From Minisyncoccota bacterium (lineage in GTDB: Bacteria > Patescibacteriota > Minisyncoccia > Phycocordibacterales > UBA1550), in NCBI GenBank assembly GCA_041660105.1, contig JBAZWZ010000001.1, positions 64,523 to 128,522 on the forward strand: a stretch of 64,000 nucleotides of DNA, in the 5' to 3' direction. The stretch's first letter is position 1; every line of letters starts with the position of its first letter. A program made the translations under genes and the position numbers. Shown one piece after another: positions 1 through 9,403 of the stretch. The notes beneath the pieces are model-generated. The model saw nothing but the letters and a program-made list of their open reading frames with translations. It was not told the origin of the DNA and ran no database searches.

Positions 1-998
1 ACCATTTGAATCATTACGTTGGGAATCTCTGGGTGCCCCGTAAGAGTAAGAGAGAAAGGAGCCCCTCCTTTTACAGCGATTACCGCCTGAGCAAGGATGT
101 CCTTATAGATTTCATTATCCACAATCTTCGCCGTGATCTCAAGAGAACGAACCATTGAGATACCATTACTCAACATAACATGCATATTGTCGGTGATACG
201 TGACAAGTAGAGCATACGATACAGATTACCAACAAGAGGAAAGGTGAGCTTCAGATGTGCGAGATAGCTCGTCCCTCTCGTTGCACGCCATACCAAAAAT
301 ACTCCGGCAACGAGGATCATCGCCATAAAGACACCGTAGTGCACAATCAAATAACTTACTCCGATCACGACTTTTGTATATATCGGCACCTCTTGCCCAC
401 CCTGCGTGATGATCTCGGAGAGCTTTGGGATCACGAGGGTAAGCATCAAAAGCATCACAATACAAAAGGTACCAATAACAAACAATGGATAAATAAGCGC
501 GCCACGCACTTTGGACACAAGCTCAGATGAACGTTCAAGATAGTCAGCAAGCGCACTAAAAGTCTCTGCGAGCTTTCCCGACTCCTCCCCTCCTATCACC
601 ATATTCACATAAAAATCTGAAAAGAGCGTGGGGTGTTTGAAAAGGGCACCAGAAATAGAAATACCATTTTGAATGTCATCTGAAATTTGTGTAAACTTTT
701 TTGCAACAAGAGGATTCTCTGTTTCCATGGCAATCATACGAAATGTTTTCAAAGCAGAAACATGCGCATCAAGAAGAGTAGCAATCTGTCGCGAAATAAT
801 CGAGACTTCTTTTATTGTGACACGGTTAAAGATATCAATATCTAGGTCAAATAAATTCTTTTTGTCTGCAGCGCGCACGGAAACAACGACAAGCCCGCTC
901 CTTTGAAGCGCGTTGATTGCGGTATCTTGGTTCTGAGCATCAATATTACCTGAAGTCTCTGCCCCCTCTTTTGTAACTGCTTTGTATGCAAATAACAT
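1..998 (-). CDS. pilC: Type IV pilus platform protein PilC (T2SS F family), runs off the window edge
   Basis: Not in the ORF track because it is open at the edge. Manual translation from the ATG at 998 gives MLFAYKAVTKEGAETSGNIDAQNQDTAINALQRSGL..., later SRQIATLLDAHVSALK and GEESGKL, typical of PilC/GspF. Lies downstream of pilT. Confidence 0.9.
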   Translation of the reverse strand, partial: MLFAYKAVTKEGAETSGNIDAQNQDTAINALQRSGLVVVSVRAADKKNLFDLDIDIFNRVTIKEVSIISRQIATLLDAHVSALKTFRMIAMETENPLVAKKFTQISDDIQNGISISGALFKHPTLFSDFYVNMVIGGEESGKLAETFSALADYLERSSELVSKVRGALIYPLFVIGTFCIVMLLMLTLVIPKLSEIITQGGQEVPIYTKVVIGVSYLIVHYGVFMAMILVAGVFLVWRATRGTSYLAHLKLTFPLVGNLYRMLYLSRITDNMHVMLSNGISMVRSLEITAKIVDNEIYKDILAQAVIAVKGGAPFSLTLTGHPEIPNVMIQM

Positions 999-1035
999 GG
1001 TTGATTTTAACGAGTGCAGCGAGATTTAAATCACC

Positions 1036-1131
1036 ACCCCGTGAGATAATAATATCATAATTATTGATAATTCCATTCTTTCTACTGGTTATTTGCTAGG
1101 AAAAATTTTTGATTCTCCTATCTCACAGGGT
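1036..1131. repeat. Short element with terminal inverted repeats ACCCCGTGAGATA / TATCTCACAGGGT
   Basis: 13-bp imperfect TIR seen directly; related TIR at 42061-42120. Confidence 0.55.
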
Positions 1132-1166
1132 AGGAAACTTACATTCGCTACGCTCATTAAATTTCA

Positions 1167-2243
1167 CTAAAGCTGCATCATTCTTTCAAGACCTTTAGGA
1201 TTGAATGAATAGAGGAGTGCATTTTCTGCGGTGATCTCACCTTTTACCACAAGCTCTGACAAACTTCTATTCATATCAATCATCCCATCTTTCATTCCTG
1301 TTTCGATAACAATATCTACCTCGTGTGTGCGTCCTTCGCGAATGAGGCTCGAGATAGCGTTGTTGTTTATAAGGAGCTCATACGCAGGAATGAGCCCTCC
1401 TGATATGCGGGGAATGAGACGCTGAGAGAAAATCCCCACCAAGCTTCCTGCAAGCTGTACGCGAATCTGTGACTGTTGCTCTGCTGGAAATGAGTCGATG
1501 ATACGATCGATAGTTTGTGAAGCGTTGTTGGTATGGAGCGTTGAAAGGACGAGATGACCAGTCTCCGCGGCAGTAACGGCGGTAGAAATCGTTTCTGGAT
1601 CGCGCATTTCTCCAATCATAATAACGTCAACGTCTTGACGAAATACTGCCTGAAGTCCAGTTTTGAAATCATTGGTATCTAGTCCCACCTCACGTTGGTC
1701 GATGATAGACTTTTGTGAGTTGAACAAGTACTCAATAGGATCCTCAATGGTCACGATATGCTCAGCGCGCTCGCGGTTGATAAGCTCAACCATTGAAGCA
1801 AGCGTAGTGGACTTACCCTGCCCTACTGGCCCCACCACAAGGAAAAATCCCTGCTTCTTCCTTGTGAACATCTCAAGGATGGGAGGAAGGTTGAGCTCGC
1901 TAATAGTCTTGACCTGTGCGGCAATAGCACGAAGTGCGATACCTACTGCGCCTTTTTGATAAAAAGCATTTCCACGGAAACGACCCTTGTTATAAAATTC
2001 ATATGAAAAATCTATTTCCTTGTTTTCGAGAAAACGCTTCATAAATGCAGGCGAAACAATCTCAGCGAGCATCCCCATCGTGTCCTCTGGGGTAAGAACG
2101 GAGAGATTCATAAGCGGAACCAGCCCTCCTGAAGTTCGAAACGTAGGATAGTGCCCTGCGGCAAGATGAATATCCGACGCGCCATCAGAAATAGCGCGCA
2201 TAATTAATACTTCAATTTCTTCTTTGTAATTTCTGCTGGTCAT
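1167..2243 (-). CDS. pilT: Type IV pilus retraction ATPase PilT
   Basis: ASDIHL, Walker A GPVGQGKSTT, TIEDPIE, RQDVDVIMIGEMRD, AAETGHLVLSTLH, LIRE motif. Confidence 0.95.
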   Translation of the reverse strand: MTSRNYKEEIEVLIMRAISDGASDIHLAAGHYPTFRTSGGLVPLMNLSVLTPEDTMGMLAEIVSPAFMKRFLENKEIDFSYEFYNKGRFRGNAFYQKGAVGIALRAIAAQVKTISELNLPPILEMFTRKKQGFFLVVGPVGQGKSTTLASMVELINRERAEHIVTIEDPIEYLFNSQKSIIDQREVGLDTNDFKTGLQAVFRQDVDVIMIGEMRDPETISTAVTAAETGHLVLSTLHTNNASQTIDRIIDSFPAEQQSQIRVQLAGSLVGIFSQRLIPRISGGLIPAYELLINNNAISSLIREGRTHEVDIVIETGMKDGMIDMNRSLSELVVKGEITAENALLYSFNPKGLERMMQL

Positions 2244-2254
2244 TTTGTTTTATT

Positions 2255-2410
2255 ATACCATTTCTAATTAACTCTTGCACAAAGACCCCCAAGAATTTTG
2301 GGCGAGACAAGAAGAAAAATGCGAGTCATATTGAAATATGTCAAACATTTTTCTTGAAGTCGTAGCCAAAATTCTTAGGGGATTGTGCATAGGTTAATTA
2401 GAAAGGGTAT
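2255..2410. repeat. Long imperfect palindromic element (CATAY-N4-RTATG apex family)
   Basis: Nested complementary blocks ATACCATTTCTAATTAAC/GTTAATTAGAAAGGGTAT, AAGAATTTTGG/CCAAAATTCTT, AGAAAAATG/CATTTTTCT and apex CATAT-TGAA-ATATG. Confidence 0.8.
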
Positions 2411-2413
2411 TAT

Positions 2414-2827
2414 TTATACAACATTTGCAAACAAATTCTCTCCGCACAGAACAATCGTGGCTTTTTCTACAACTTCTGCTGGGGTTGCTGAGGCTTTTAT
2501 AATGTATCCATGTGCCCCGAGACTGCGCCCGCGCTCAATGTCTGAGGGTTGACCAAGATTTGAGAGCATAACTATTTTACAGCTTGGAGCGAGGTTTTCT
2601 TTTTTAATGACCGCAAGAAGCTCAAACCCATCCATTGTCGGCATCACCACATCAAGAAGGAGAAGGTCGGGAATGTTACCTTCTTTTAATCTAGTAAGTG
2701 CATCAATACTTCCAACGGCTTGTGTGACCTCAAATCCCTGCTCTGCAAATTTCACCGTGTACATATCAAGAAGATACTTGTCGTCATCGATAATAAATAT
2801 TTTCTTTAGTGTCTTACAGGACTCCAT
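2414..2827 (-). CDS. Single-domain response regulator (REC)
   Basis: IIDDD, LLLDVVMPTMDG, SN and YIIK receiver motifs. Start set at MESCK, 6 nt after a TGGTATACT -10 box. Confidence 0.9.
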   Translation of the reverse strand: MESCKTLKKIFIIDDDKYLLDMYTVKFAEQGFEVTQAVGSIDALTRLKEGNIPDLLLLDVVMPTMDGFELLAVIKKENLAPSCKIVMLSNLGQPSDIERGRSLGAHGYIIKASATPAEVVEKATIVLCGENLFANVV

Positions 2828-2840
2828 TTCAATAGTATAC

Positions 2841-2954
2841 CACTGACCACTGACAACTGACAACTGACAAAAATACAATGTACACAGAGATACGCTGGTT
2901 TGCCTTTGGCAAACCAGCGTATCTTGGTCAGTTGTCAGTTGTTCCCCAGTTTCC
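2841..2954. repeat. Inverted heptamer tandem-repeat element ((C/A)ACTGAC)n ... (GTCAGTT)n with central perfect hairpin
   Basis: Four 7-mers on the left, two inverted 7-mers on the right, central AGATACGCTGGTTTGCC-TTT-GGCAAACCAGCGTATCT; relative at 37241-37353. Confidence 0.8.
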
Positions 2955-4679
2955 CTACAGCGTATTCATCTCCTTAAAAGGCACCAGCCCATCCATACTT
3001 TTCAAAATTGCATCTTCTTTCATGGTAAGCATCCCTTTCTTGCGGGCAGTATCATAAATAGTGACTTCCGTTGGGTCCGCCAAAATTATTTTTTGTATAT
3101 CTCTGTCCACCGAGAATACCTCAAAGACTGGCAATCGTCCTCGCGTCCCCGATGTACACTCAGAAGATGGGGTAGCCTCATTGAGAGACCTGGTGAGGTT
3201 AAGTGCTGGTTTAAGATTCTCAGGAAAATCCCTAAACTGTTTTTCTACCATTATTTTAATAGCGCCTTCGTCATCAATAGCACGAGCGCCTTCTGGGCAA
3301 ATCTTTTTGACCAAGCGCTGAGCAACAGAAAGTATGAGTGTAGGCGCAATCAAGTATGGGTCCACCCCCATATCAACAAGTCGTGGTATCGCTCCAATGG
3401 CAGTGTTGGTGTGAAGCGTCGAAAGCACGAGGTGTCCTGTAAGTGCCGCCTGGATGGCAAGCTGTGCTGTCTCCGCATCACGAATCTCTCCAACCATAAT
3501 TATATCAGGGTCCTGTCGAAGGGTCGTACGAAGACCCGTTGCAAATGTATAACCTATCTCAGGTCTCATCTGAGACTGCGTAATCCCCCCAATATTGTAT
3601 TCAACAGGGTCCTCAAGGGTAACAATATTTTTTGTTTCTTTGTCGAGCTCATTCATCATAGAATAGAGCGTCGTAGACTTACCCGATCCCGTAGGTCCCG
3701 TAATAAGGATGATGCCGTATGGACGCGCAAGGGCACTGCGTACCAGCGCGAGGTGTTCGGGCCGAAATCCGATATCATCAAGTGTTTGAACTCCTTTTTG
3801 GGTGTCGAGAATACGCATTACCACTTTTTCTCCATAAAATGCAGGAAACGTAGACACGCGAAAGTCAATTTTGCGCCCATCAATACGTGCGGAGAAACGA
3901 CCGTCCTGTGGTTTTCTCTTTTCATCAAGTTTGAGCGATGCGAGAATCTTAATACGCGCTACGACAGAATTGTGCACTTCTGAAGGTAAGACGAGACTTG
4001 TAAAGAGAGCACCGTCAACACGAAAACGCACCCTTACGCTTTCTCCAGTATGTTCGATGTGTACATCTGATGCACCCCCCTCTGTAGCATGACGCAGTAT
4101 CACCGCAGTAATTTTGGCGACAGGAGCATCTGCAACTACACGAGCCTCTTTTTTTGCGTCACTACTTGATGCTTCTTTGCCTCCTTTTATTAATACTGAT
4201 TTATCTACTTCGTTGATATCAACCTCAAGTTCTGAGAGTGCTTTTGTGACCTCACCCGTCATTCCTCGATAGCTTTCGAGAATTACCTTCAGATCATCTT
4301 CAGATATCAGGAATATTTTGAATGGCATTCCCAACTTCGTCGCAATAAACTGCAGTGCGTCACGTGCCTCAATATTTTCTGGATCAATGATGCCAATTTC
4401 GAGAACCTCATCCATTACACCAATAGGAGCAAAGTGATAATACGAAGCAGAATCTTCAGGAATATATTTTAAAATTTCGAAATCAACGCCCTTTCCTTTT
4501 AGGTCGCGGATAGGAAGATTGTAATAAAATCCTTTTCCCTTTAATATATCTTCTTTTGTCACCCCAGCGCCTGTGAGTACTTCGTCGAGCTTTGCTCCTT
4601 CACTGAGTCGCTTCGAAAGCTCAGGAATTGATTCCTTGTTCAATATTCCATGGAGTATAAATGTATCAAGTATTGCCAT
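2955..4679 (-). CDS. pilB: Type IV pilus assembly ATPase PilB (GspE/PulE family)
   Basis: ASDVHIE, RFRVDG, PQDGRF, GPTGSGKSTTLY, LEDPVEY, LRQDPD, TGHLVLSTLHTN. Confidence 0.93.
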   Translation of the reverse strand: MAILDTFILHGILNKESIPELSKRLSEGAKLDEVLTGAGVTKEDILKGKGFYYNLPIRDLKGKGVDFEILKYIPEDSASYYHFAPIGVMDEVLEIGIIDPENIEARDALQFIATKLGMPFKIFLISEDDLKVILESYRGMTGEVTKALSELEVDINEVDKSVLIKGGKEASSSDAKKEARVVADAPVAKITAVILRHATEGGASDVHIEHTGESVRVRFRVDGALFTSLVLPSEVHNSVVARIKILASLKLDEKRKPQDGRFSARIDGRKIDFRVSTFPAFYGEKVVMRILDTQKGVQTLDDIGFRPEHLALVRSALARPYGIILITGPTGSGKSTTLYSMMNELDKETKNIVTLEDPVEYNIGGITQSQMRPEIGYTFATGLRTTLRQDPDIIMVGEIRDAETAQLAIQAALTGHLVLSTLHTNTAIGAIPRLVDMGVDPYLIAPTLILSVAQRLVKKICPEGARAIDDEGAIKIMVEKQFRDFPENLKPALNLTRSLNEATPSSECTSGTRGRLPVFEVFSVDRDIQKIILADPTEVTIYDTARKKGMLTMKEDAILKSMDGLVPFKEMNTL

Positions 4680-4684
4680 AATGA

Positions 4685-5143
4685 TTAGATACCAGAACTA
4701 GGTGGGGTAGCAGGAGTTTGCCCATTCGAAGGAGATGTTGTCTCTGATGCGGGGGTAACAGTATTCGTACCTGAAGAGAGGCTACTTGTCATATTTATTT
4801 TCCATACGGTAGGGACGAATGGATTGGCTCTTCCAACTGATTCTTCTGGAATTACTACAGAAAAATCTCGTAAATTTTTGAATGCAGGCAATTCAAAAAC
4901 CACGTTCGAATTTGCTACCGCTTTTGCTAAGTCATTGAGGTTCCCCACCGTGGTATCAATTTGAGCACCCATCAGAGCAGTCTCTTCTGCAATTTGAGCG
5001 ACAGATGAGGCTGAGGAAGATATACTACTTACAACAGGGATTTCATTCTTAACAAAAACAGAGTATGCCGCAACGATGACTCCTATCACCACACACGCGG
5101 TTAGGATATTCACAATGAGTGTTTTTGTTTGTTCTGATTTCAT
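4685..5143 (-). CDS. Membrane-anchored pilus accessory protein (PilP-position, GRxNPF motif)
   Basis: N-terminal TM helix, GRANPF motif, position after the pilM/N/O-like genes. Confidence 0.6.
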   Translation of the reverse strand: MKSEQTKTLIVNILTACVVIGVIVAAYSVFVKNEIPVVSSISSSASSVAQIAEETALMGAQIDTTVGNLNDLAKAVANSNVVFELPAFKNLRDFSVVIPEESVGRANPFVPTVWKINMTSSLSSGTNTVTPASETTSPSNGQTPATPPSSGI

Positions 5144-5147
5144 AAAA

Positions 5148-5837
5148 TTATTGTAGTGAATAAGTTTCTATGGTCATAGTAAACTGATAATTTTGAGTTG
5201 CTGGGTTTTTCGACTTTTTTTCATCAGTAGCGTCTGCCCCTGGCGCAAACGAAAGTGAGGTTACATTGAAAAGTCCCAAACTTCTTTCAAGGTCGTTTAG
5301 GAAAAGCTGAAATGTTTCAAAAGTGGTCGTAAACCCAAAAGATGCCTTGGTTGCGACATATTTTTTACCTGATACTGCATTGACGCCTGCTGTGGTAGTG
5401 TTGGCTTCAATCCCCGCCACCTGGTCGATTTTTGCTCCCAATGAAACCGAGTCCACAAGACCTTTCACCGCTCCATTGAGCCCAACCAAGGGGCTCATTG
5501 TTTGTTTCCCTTGAGCTGCACCTTCTACTTTAATATCCGACAAAACAATCCTGTCATTTCTGCTCAAAGCTTGAAGATTGTTCGCCAAACGAATAGGATC
5601 AATTGTTGTTGGGAGAAATACTTCAAAACGGGACAAAACCTCGGGGTCAATACTGTTTAGATTTTCCTTTGTTTGCTCTATCAACGTCTTGATTTCGCCC
5701 GAAGTGCTGAGGATTTTTGTGAGAAACCGGATGTCTCCCTGACGTGCTTTATTATAATCATATGCAGGAACAACATAAAAAAGCGCAAACCCTATTGAGA
5801 GGAGGAGGACAATGAATGAAAAGATTGGTTTAGTCAT
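5148..5837 (-). CDS. PilO-like protein
   Basis: N-terminal TM, coiled segment, FLP, FLNDLERSLGLFNV C-terminal motif; operon position. Confidence 0.7.
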   Translation of the reverse strand: MTKPIFSFIVLLLSIGFALFYVVPAYDYNKARQGDIRFLTKILSTSGEIKTLIEQTKENLNSIDPEVLSRFEVFLPTTIDPIRLANNLQALSRNDRIVLSDIKVEGAAQGKQTMSPLVGLNGAVKGLVDSVSLGAKIDQVAGIEANTTTAGVNAVSGKKYVATKASFGFTTTFETFQLFLNDLERSLGLFNVTSLSFAPGADATDEKKSKNPATQNYQFTMTIETYSLQ

Positions 5838-5846
5838 AATAATATA

Positions 5847-6764
5847 TTACCAAAATTTAAGCTTCGACCAGAATCTCTGCAGGAAAGATTGTTCCGCAAA
5901 AACTGTTGTCGTAGCTGTGGTGGCTTCACTGCTTGAGGTCGTAGCAGTATCTGCTGAGACACTTTCCAGAGTATCACTTGAAGGAGTATTTGCATTGGTA
6001 GAGGGCGATGTTGTACTTATTCTTGAATCAAAAATTAGAGAGCTTGTTGATGACTCGGAGGTCGTAGTTGCTTGAAGAGAAGGAGTAAGAGTTGAAATTT
6101 CTCCTCCTACATTAAGCGTGGGGGTAATAGTATTTGATGGCGCAACAGACTGAGACACTACAACCTCTGAACTGTTAAGGTTCTTCGTGTACAACAAATA
6201 ATCAGGACGAAACGTTAGTGTTAGACTAAACAATATCGTCCCAAATTCAGTGAGACCGACGCCGTCAACAGAAACACCGGTTAGTTCTTTATTTTTACTT
6301 CTAAGAACATCGGCTTGATAAGCGAGCGCTGCGTATGTTGGTGCCTCCCCTGAGACATTCACTACGGTACCATCTGAGCCAGATACAAAACTAAAATTTT
6401 TGTACAAGACACTCCCGATGGTATTCTGTGAGAGAAATGTGAATACAGGCGAAACAACAGTGTGGGCATTGAGGAGCTGCCGTGCGAGGTCGGCGCGCGC
6501 GCGAAACATCTGTGCCTCAGCTACTTCAGGAGCATCACTAAATTCTTTCTGCGCTGATTTTATTTCATCCTTTTTTTGCGCGACGAGATTATTAAGTGAA
6601 TCATTATAATAGAGTAATGACACATAGGCAGCCACCGTTATAACAAACACAAAAATCGCAATAATACCGATTACGCTGCGAGGACGACTCCTCTCCAAAA
6701 AAGAATCCTGATGAACAAGTGATCCTTTTGGAATAAACGAGACTTTTGGGTTAGTGCCATCCAT
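5847..6764 (-). CDS. PilN-like protein with Ser/Thr-rich C-terminal tail
   Basis: SFIPK start, TM, coiled coil, SGEAPTYAALAYQ; directly downstream of pilM. Confidence 0.7.
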   Translation of the reverse strand: MDGTNPKVSFIPKGSLVHQDSFLERSRPRSVIGIIAIFVFVITVAAYVSLLYYNDSLNNLVAQKKDEIKSAQKEFSDAPEVAEAQMFRARADLARQLLNAHTVVSPVFTFLSQNTIGSVLYKNFSFVSGSDGTVVNVSGEAPTYAALAYQADVLRSKNKELTGVSVDGVGLTEFGTILFSLTLTFRPDYLLYTKNLNSSEVVVSQSVAPSNTITPTLNVGGEISTLTPSLQATTTSESSTSSLIFDSRISTTSPSTNANTPSSDTLESVSADTATTSSSEATTATTTVFAEQSFLQRFWSKLKFW

Positions 6765-6795
6765 AATGTTGTCCTTATTATACCATACTAAACAG

Positions 6796-7926
6796 CTATT
6801 CTTCTAGCCCTTTTAGTGCGAGTCCTACAGCTACGCCAAAATCTGGGCTAATCTCCTTAAGTGTGGAGGCAAGAAATGCGGGCGTGTCGAGTCGAACGAA
6901 GGGATCTCCCACAACAACTGTTGAGTGTGTAAAATTTTTAGCAACAATCTTTTCTATTCCTTTGAGTCGTGCTCCACCGCCAACCAAAATTACCTTTATT
7001 ATTTTGGTGCCATACTTATTTTCATAATTTTCAGCGAAGCGCGAAGCTTCATTCATAATATTCGCAAGGAGAAGCTCTGCTACCGTGTTCACGTCACGAC
7101 CCTCTTCTTCACCTAATATTCCTACACGACACTTTATTTCTTCTGCTTGGTCGAAAGTGATTCCTCGTGAGCGTGAGAGATTGAGGGTGATATCTTGCCC
7201 CCCCATTGATATCACGTGGGAACCACGCACCACTCCTTCGTCGACGAGGGCGAGCTTTGTACTTCCTGCGCCAATATCGATAACAAGAAAAGGAGCCAAG
7301 TCGCGCCCCACCACCGCGCGCAGTGTGCTAAATATTTCAATTTCAAAATGAGACTGCTCGCCAGGGATCAGCGCATCACGCTTTATTGTTTCATACTTAC
7401 CAATAACCTCATTATGAATCGCCGCAATAATAACTTCTATTTTACCGACTGTTTTTGCTACGGGACTTGAGGGTGTTGAAACAACAGCCTTCTCTCCTGC
7501 TTTTCGTTTTGGCAATATCCACCAATCGAGTGAGACTTCGGTGATGGGGACTGGAATATAGCGACGTGCCTCAAGAGGAATCATTGATTCGAGTTCTTTT
7601 TTCCCCACATCAGGAAGTTCAACAACCGCAAGAAGGCTAGCACTAAATGGGATTGCGATGAGAGTGTGATGGGCAGTAATCCCTGTTTCTCTCAACAGGT
7701 CATGAAGTGCCTCAGCGACTTTTTGAGGAGGAAGATTTGTTGCTTGACCTACCGCAACTCCCGCACGAGGACCGAGCGCAATCTCTCCATAATTTCGCAA
7801 CACTACTTTCTCTTCAACCTTTTCAATAAGAACAACCTTAATAGAAGAGGACCCAATATCAATACCAAGGATAGCTCCCTTGTGCCCCGATGAAAAAACA
7901 CCTTTGAATGAATCTAAGAACGCCAT
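6796..7926 (-). CDS. pilM: Type IV pilus assembly protein PilM
   Basis: GIDIGSSSIK, EARRYIP, DIGAGST, LVGGGARL, VAVGLALK actin-fold motifs; start set at MAFLDS. Confidence 0.92.
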   Translation of the reverse strand: MAFLDSFKGVFSSGHKGAILGIDIGSSSIKVVLIEKVEEKVVLRNYGEIALGPRAGVAVGQATNLPPQKVAEALHDLLRETGITAHHTLIAIPFSASLLAVVELPDVGKKELESMIPLEARRYIPVPITEVSLDWWILPKRKAGEKAVVSTPSSPVAKTVGKIEVIIAAIHNEVIGKYETIKRDALIPGEQSHFEIEIFSTLRAVVGRDLAPFLVIDIGAGSTKLALVDEGVVRGSHVISMGGQDITLNLSRSRGITFDQAEEIKCRVGILGEEEGRDVNTVAELLLANIMNEASRFAENYENKYGTKIIKVILVGGGARLKGIEKIVAKNFTHSTVVVGDPFVRLDTPAFLASTLKEISPDFGVAVGLALKGLEE

Positions 7927-7975
7927 ATTGTTATATAATACTGCATATATGATTTGTATACAATCAATTATCCCC

Positions 7976-8635
7976 ATGCGACTACTTTTATCTTTATTTA
8001 ATATAGCACTTGATATTTTATTCCCCCAAGTATGCGTGGGGTGCAAGAAAAATGGCACACCACTTTGTGAAAAGTGCCTTGATGCTATTCCTGTGGCGCG
8101 TGCCCCCGAATATGCATTTATATCCAGTATTTTAGACTATCGTAGCCCTGCAATCAGAAAATTAATTTGGCAGTTTAAATATAAGAACGCGAGAAGGGTT
8201 GCCAAATGCTTTGGTGAGAAACTCTACGAAGATATTATTGCCGGACTCGGCGAGGATTTATTTATTTCAAAAAAAGAGACATTTTTGCTCGTCCCCATCC
8301 CCCTCCACAAAAAGAGGTTACGCGAACGCGGGTACAACCAAAGCGAACTTCTCGCGCGCGAGATACAAAAATATGACACAGAGGAAATACTTGAACTCTC
8401 GCCGAAAGCGCTCGTACGCACTCGGGCAACCAACGCGCAGGCGAAAAAAGAAAAACGTTTGGCACGATTTGAAAATCTTCGTGGCGCATTTGCTGCAGAT
8501 CCAAAACTCGTACACAGAAGAAATATTATTCTTATTGATGACGTCACAACTACAGGAGCAACACTCGCCGAGGCGCGGAAGGTGCTCTTGAAAGCTGGTG
8601 CGCGCAGTGTGAAAGCATGGACAGTGGCGCACTAG
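7976..8635 (+). CDS. comF: ComF family competence protein (Zn finger + PRTase)
   Basis: CVGC..LCEKC, KYK, VPIPLH, RGYNQ, LIDDVTTTGAT. Confidence 0.93.
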   Translation: MRLLLSLFNIALDILFPQVCVGCKKNGTPLCEKCLDAIPVARAPEYAFISSILDYRSPAIRKLIWQFKYKNARRVAKCFGEKLYEDIIAGLGEDLFISKKETFLLVPIPLHKKRLRERGYNQSELLAREIQKYDTEEILELSPKALVRTRATNAQAKKEKRLARFENLRGAFAADPKLVHRRNIILIDDVTTTGATLAEARKVLLKAGARSVKAWTVAH

Positions 8636-8650
8636 AGAAAATTCGTGCTT

Positions 8651-8739
8651 GTTCGAATCCCTCCGTCTCGCGCAAAACATTAGGGGCGCAATGCTTTCGC
8701 ATTGCGCCCCTTGTTTTGCGGAGACGGTGGGATTCGAAC
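8651..8739. repeat. Hairpin formed by the tRNA-Ser 3' end and a downstream inverted copy of it
   Basis: GTTCGAATCCCTCCGTCTCGCGCAAAACA (from 8651) is nearly the reverse complement of TGTTTTGCGGAGACGGTGGGATTCGAAC (to 8739), around a GGGGCGCAATGC-TTTC-GCATTGCGCCCC core. Confidence 0.85.
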
Positions 8740-8806
8740 CCACGAGAGTATTGCTACCCTGCCTCGTTAGCAGTGAGGTGCCTTCGGCCAGCTCAGCCAC
8801 ATCTCC
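8719..8806 (-). tRNA. tRNA-Ser(GCT)
   Basis: GGAGATG/CGTCTCC acceptor, CT-GCT-AA loop, long variable arm, GGTTCGAATCC T-arm, G73, no encoded CCA. Confidence 0.95.
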
Positions 8807-8892
8807 TTTTGAACAAAGTTACCTTATCATATTTTGACTCGTTTTACTACAGTAAAAAAGCCCCAACAAATCGGGGCTTTGACCAACAAAGG

Positions 8893-9240
8893 TCATTGGA
8901 CGCATATGCGCTTTTTTTCTTGTTCACGGATTATGCGATTCCGCCGCTTCGCTTTTTTGGCGTGAATCTTGCGGGGGCAATCGTTTACCGAGAAATCGCG
9001 ATATCTGTTCCTTTGATAACGTCGTACCAAGCAATCCTTCACAGGGTCGACGGGCACTTTTTTACCAGACATGAAACTCGGGGCGAAGTCCTCGCTATCA
9101 ACGAGGTAATACTTTGCGCGGGCGGAAACATCGTCGTAACGATTCCCGAGTTGAATACACATGAAAAAGAAGGGGTTATCGACTCCACAAAAGATGTGGC
9201 CGTTTTTTACCGCAACTGCTGCATATGGACCTTGGGGCAT
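8893..9240 (-). CDS. Hypothetical basic protein
   Basis: AAGGAG SD before MPQGPY, own TTGACT..TATTAT promoter and terminator hairpin at ~8858-8881. Confidence 0.65.
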   Translation of the reverse strand: MPQGPYAAVAVKNGHIFCGVDNPFFFMCIQLGNRYDDVSARAKYYLVDSEDFAPSFMSGKKVPVDPVKDCLVRRYQRNRYRDFSVNDCPRKIHAKKAKRRNRIIREQEKKRICVQ

Positions 9241-9403
9241 TTGCTTCTCCTTGTCGTTTGGTTGTTCGTATGCTGAGTTTTCAGCATTTCTGAAGATATA
9301 ATAGCACATTTGTAGAAAAAGTCAATACCTTTATCCCCATTTTCCACTAAAATCCCAACAAATGCTGGACATTTTTTGAATTTTTATGTGTATAATAATA
9401 CCT

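Noticed and set aside
8617-9276. 219-aa plus-strand ORF
   Set aside because: It runs antisense across tRNA-Ser and the SD-led minus-strand gene, with no recognisable motifs.
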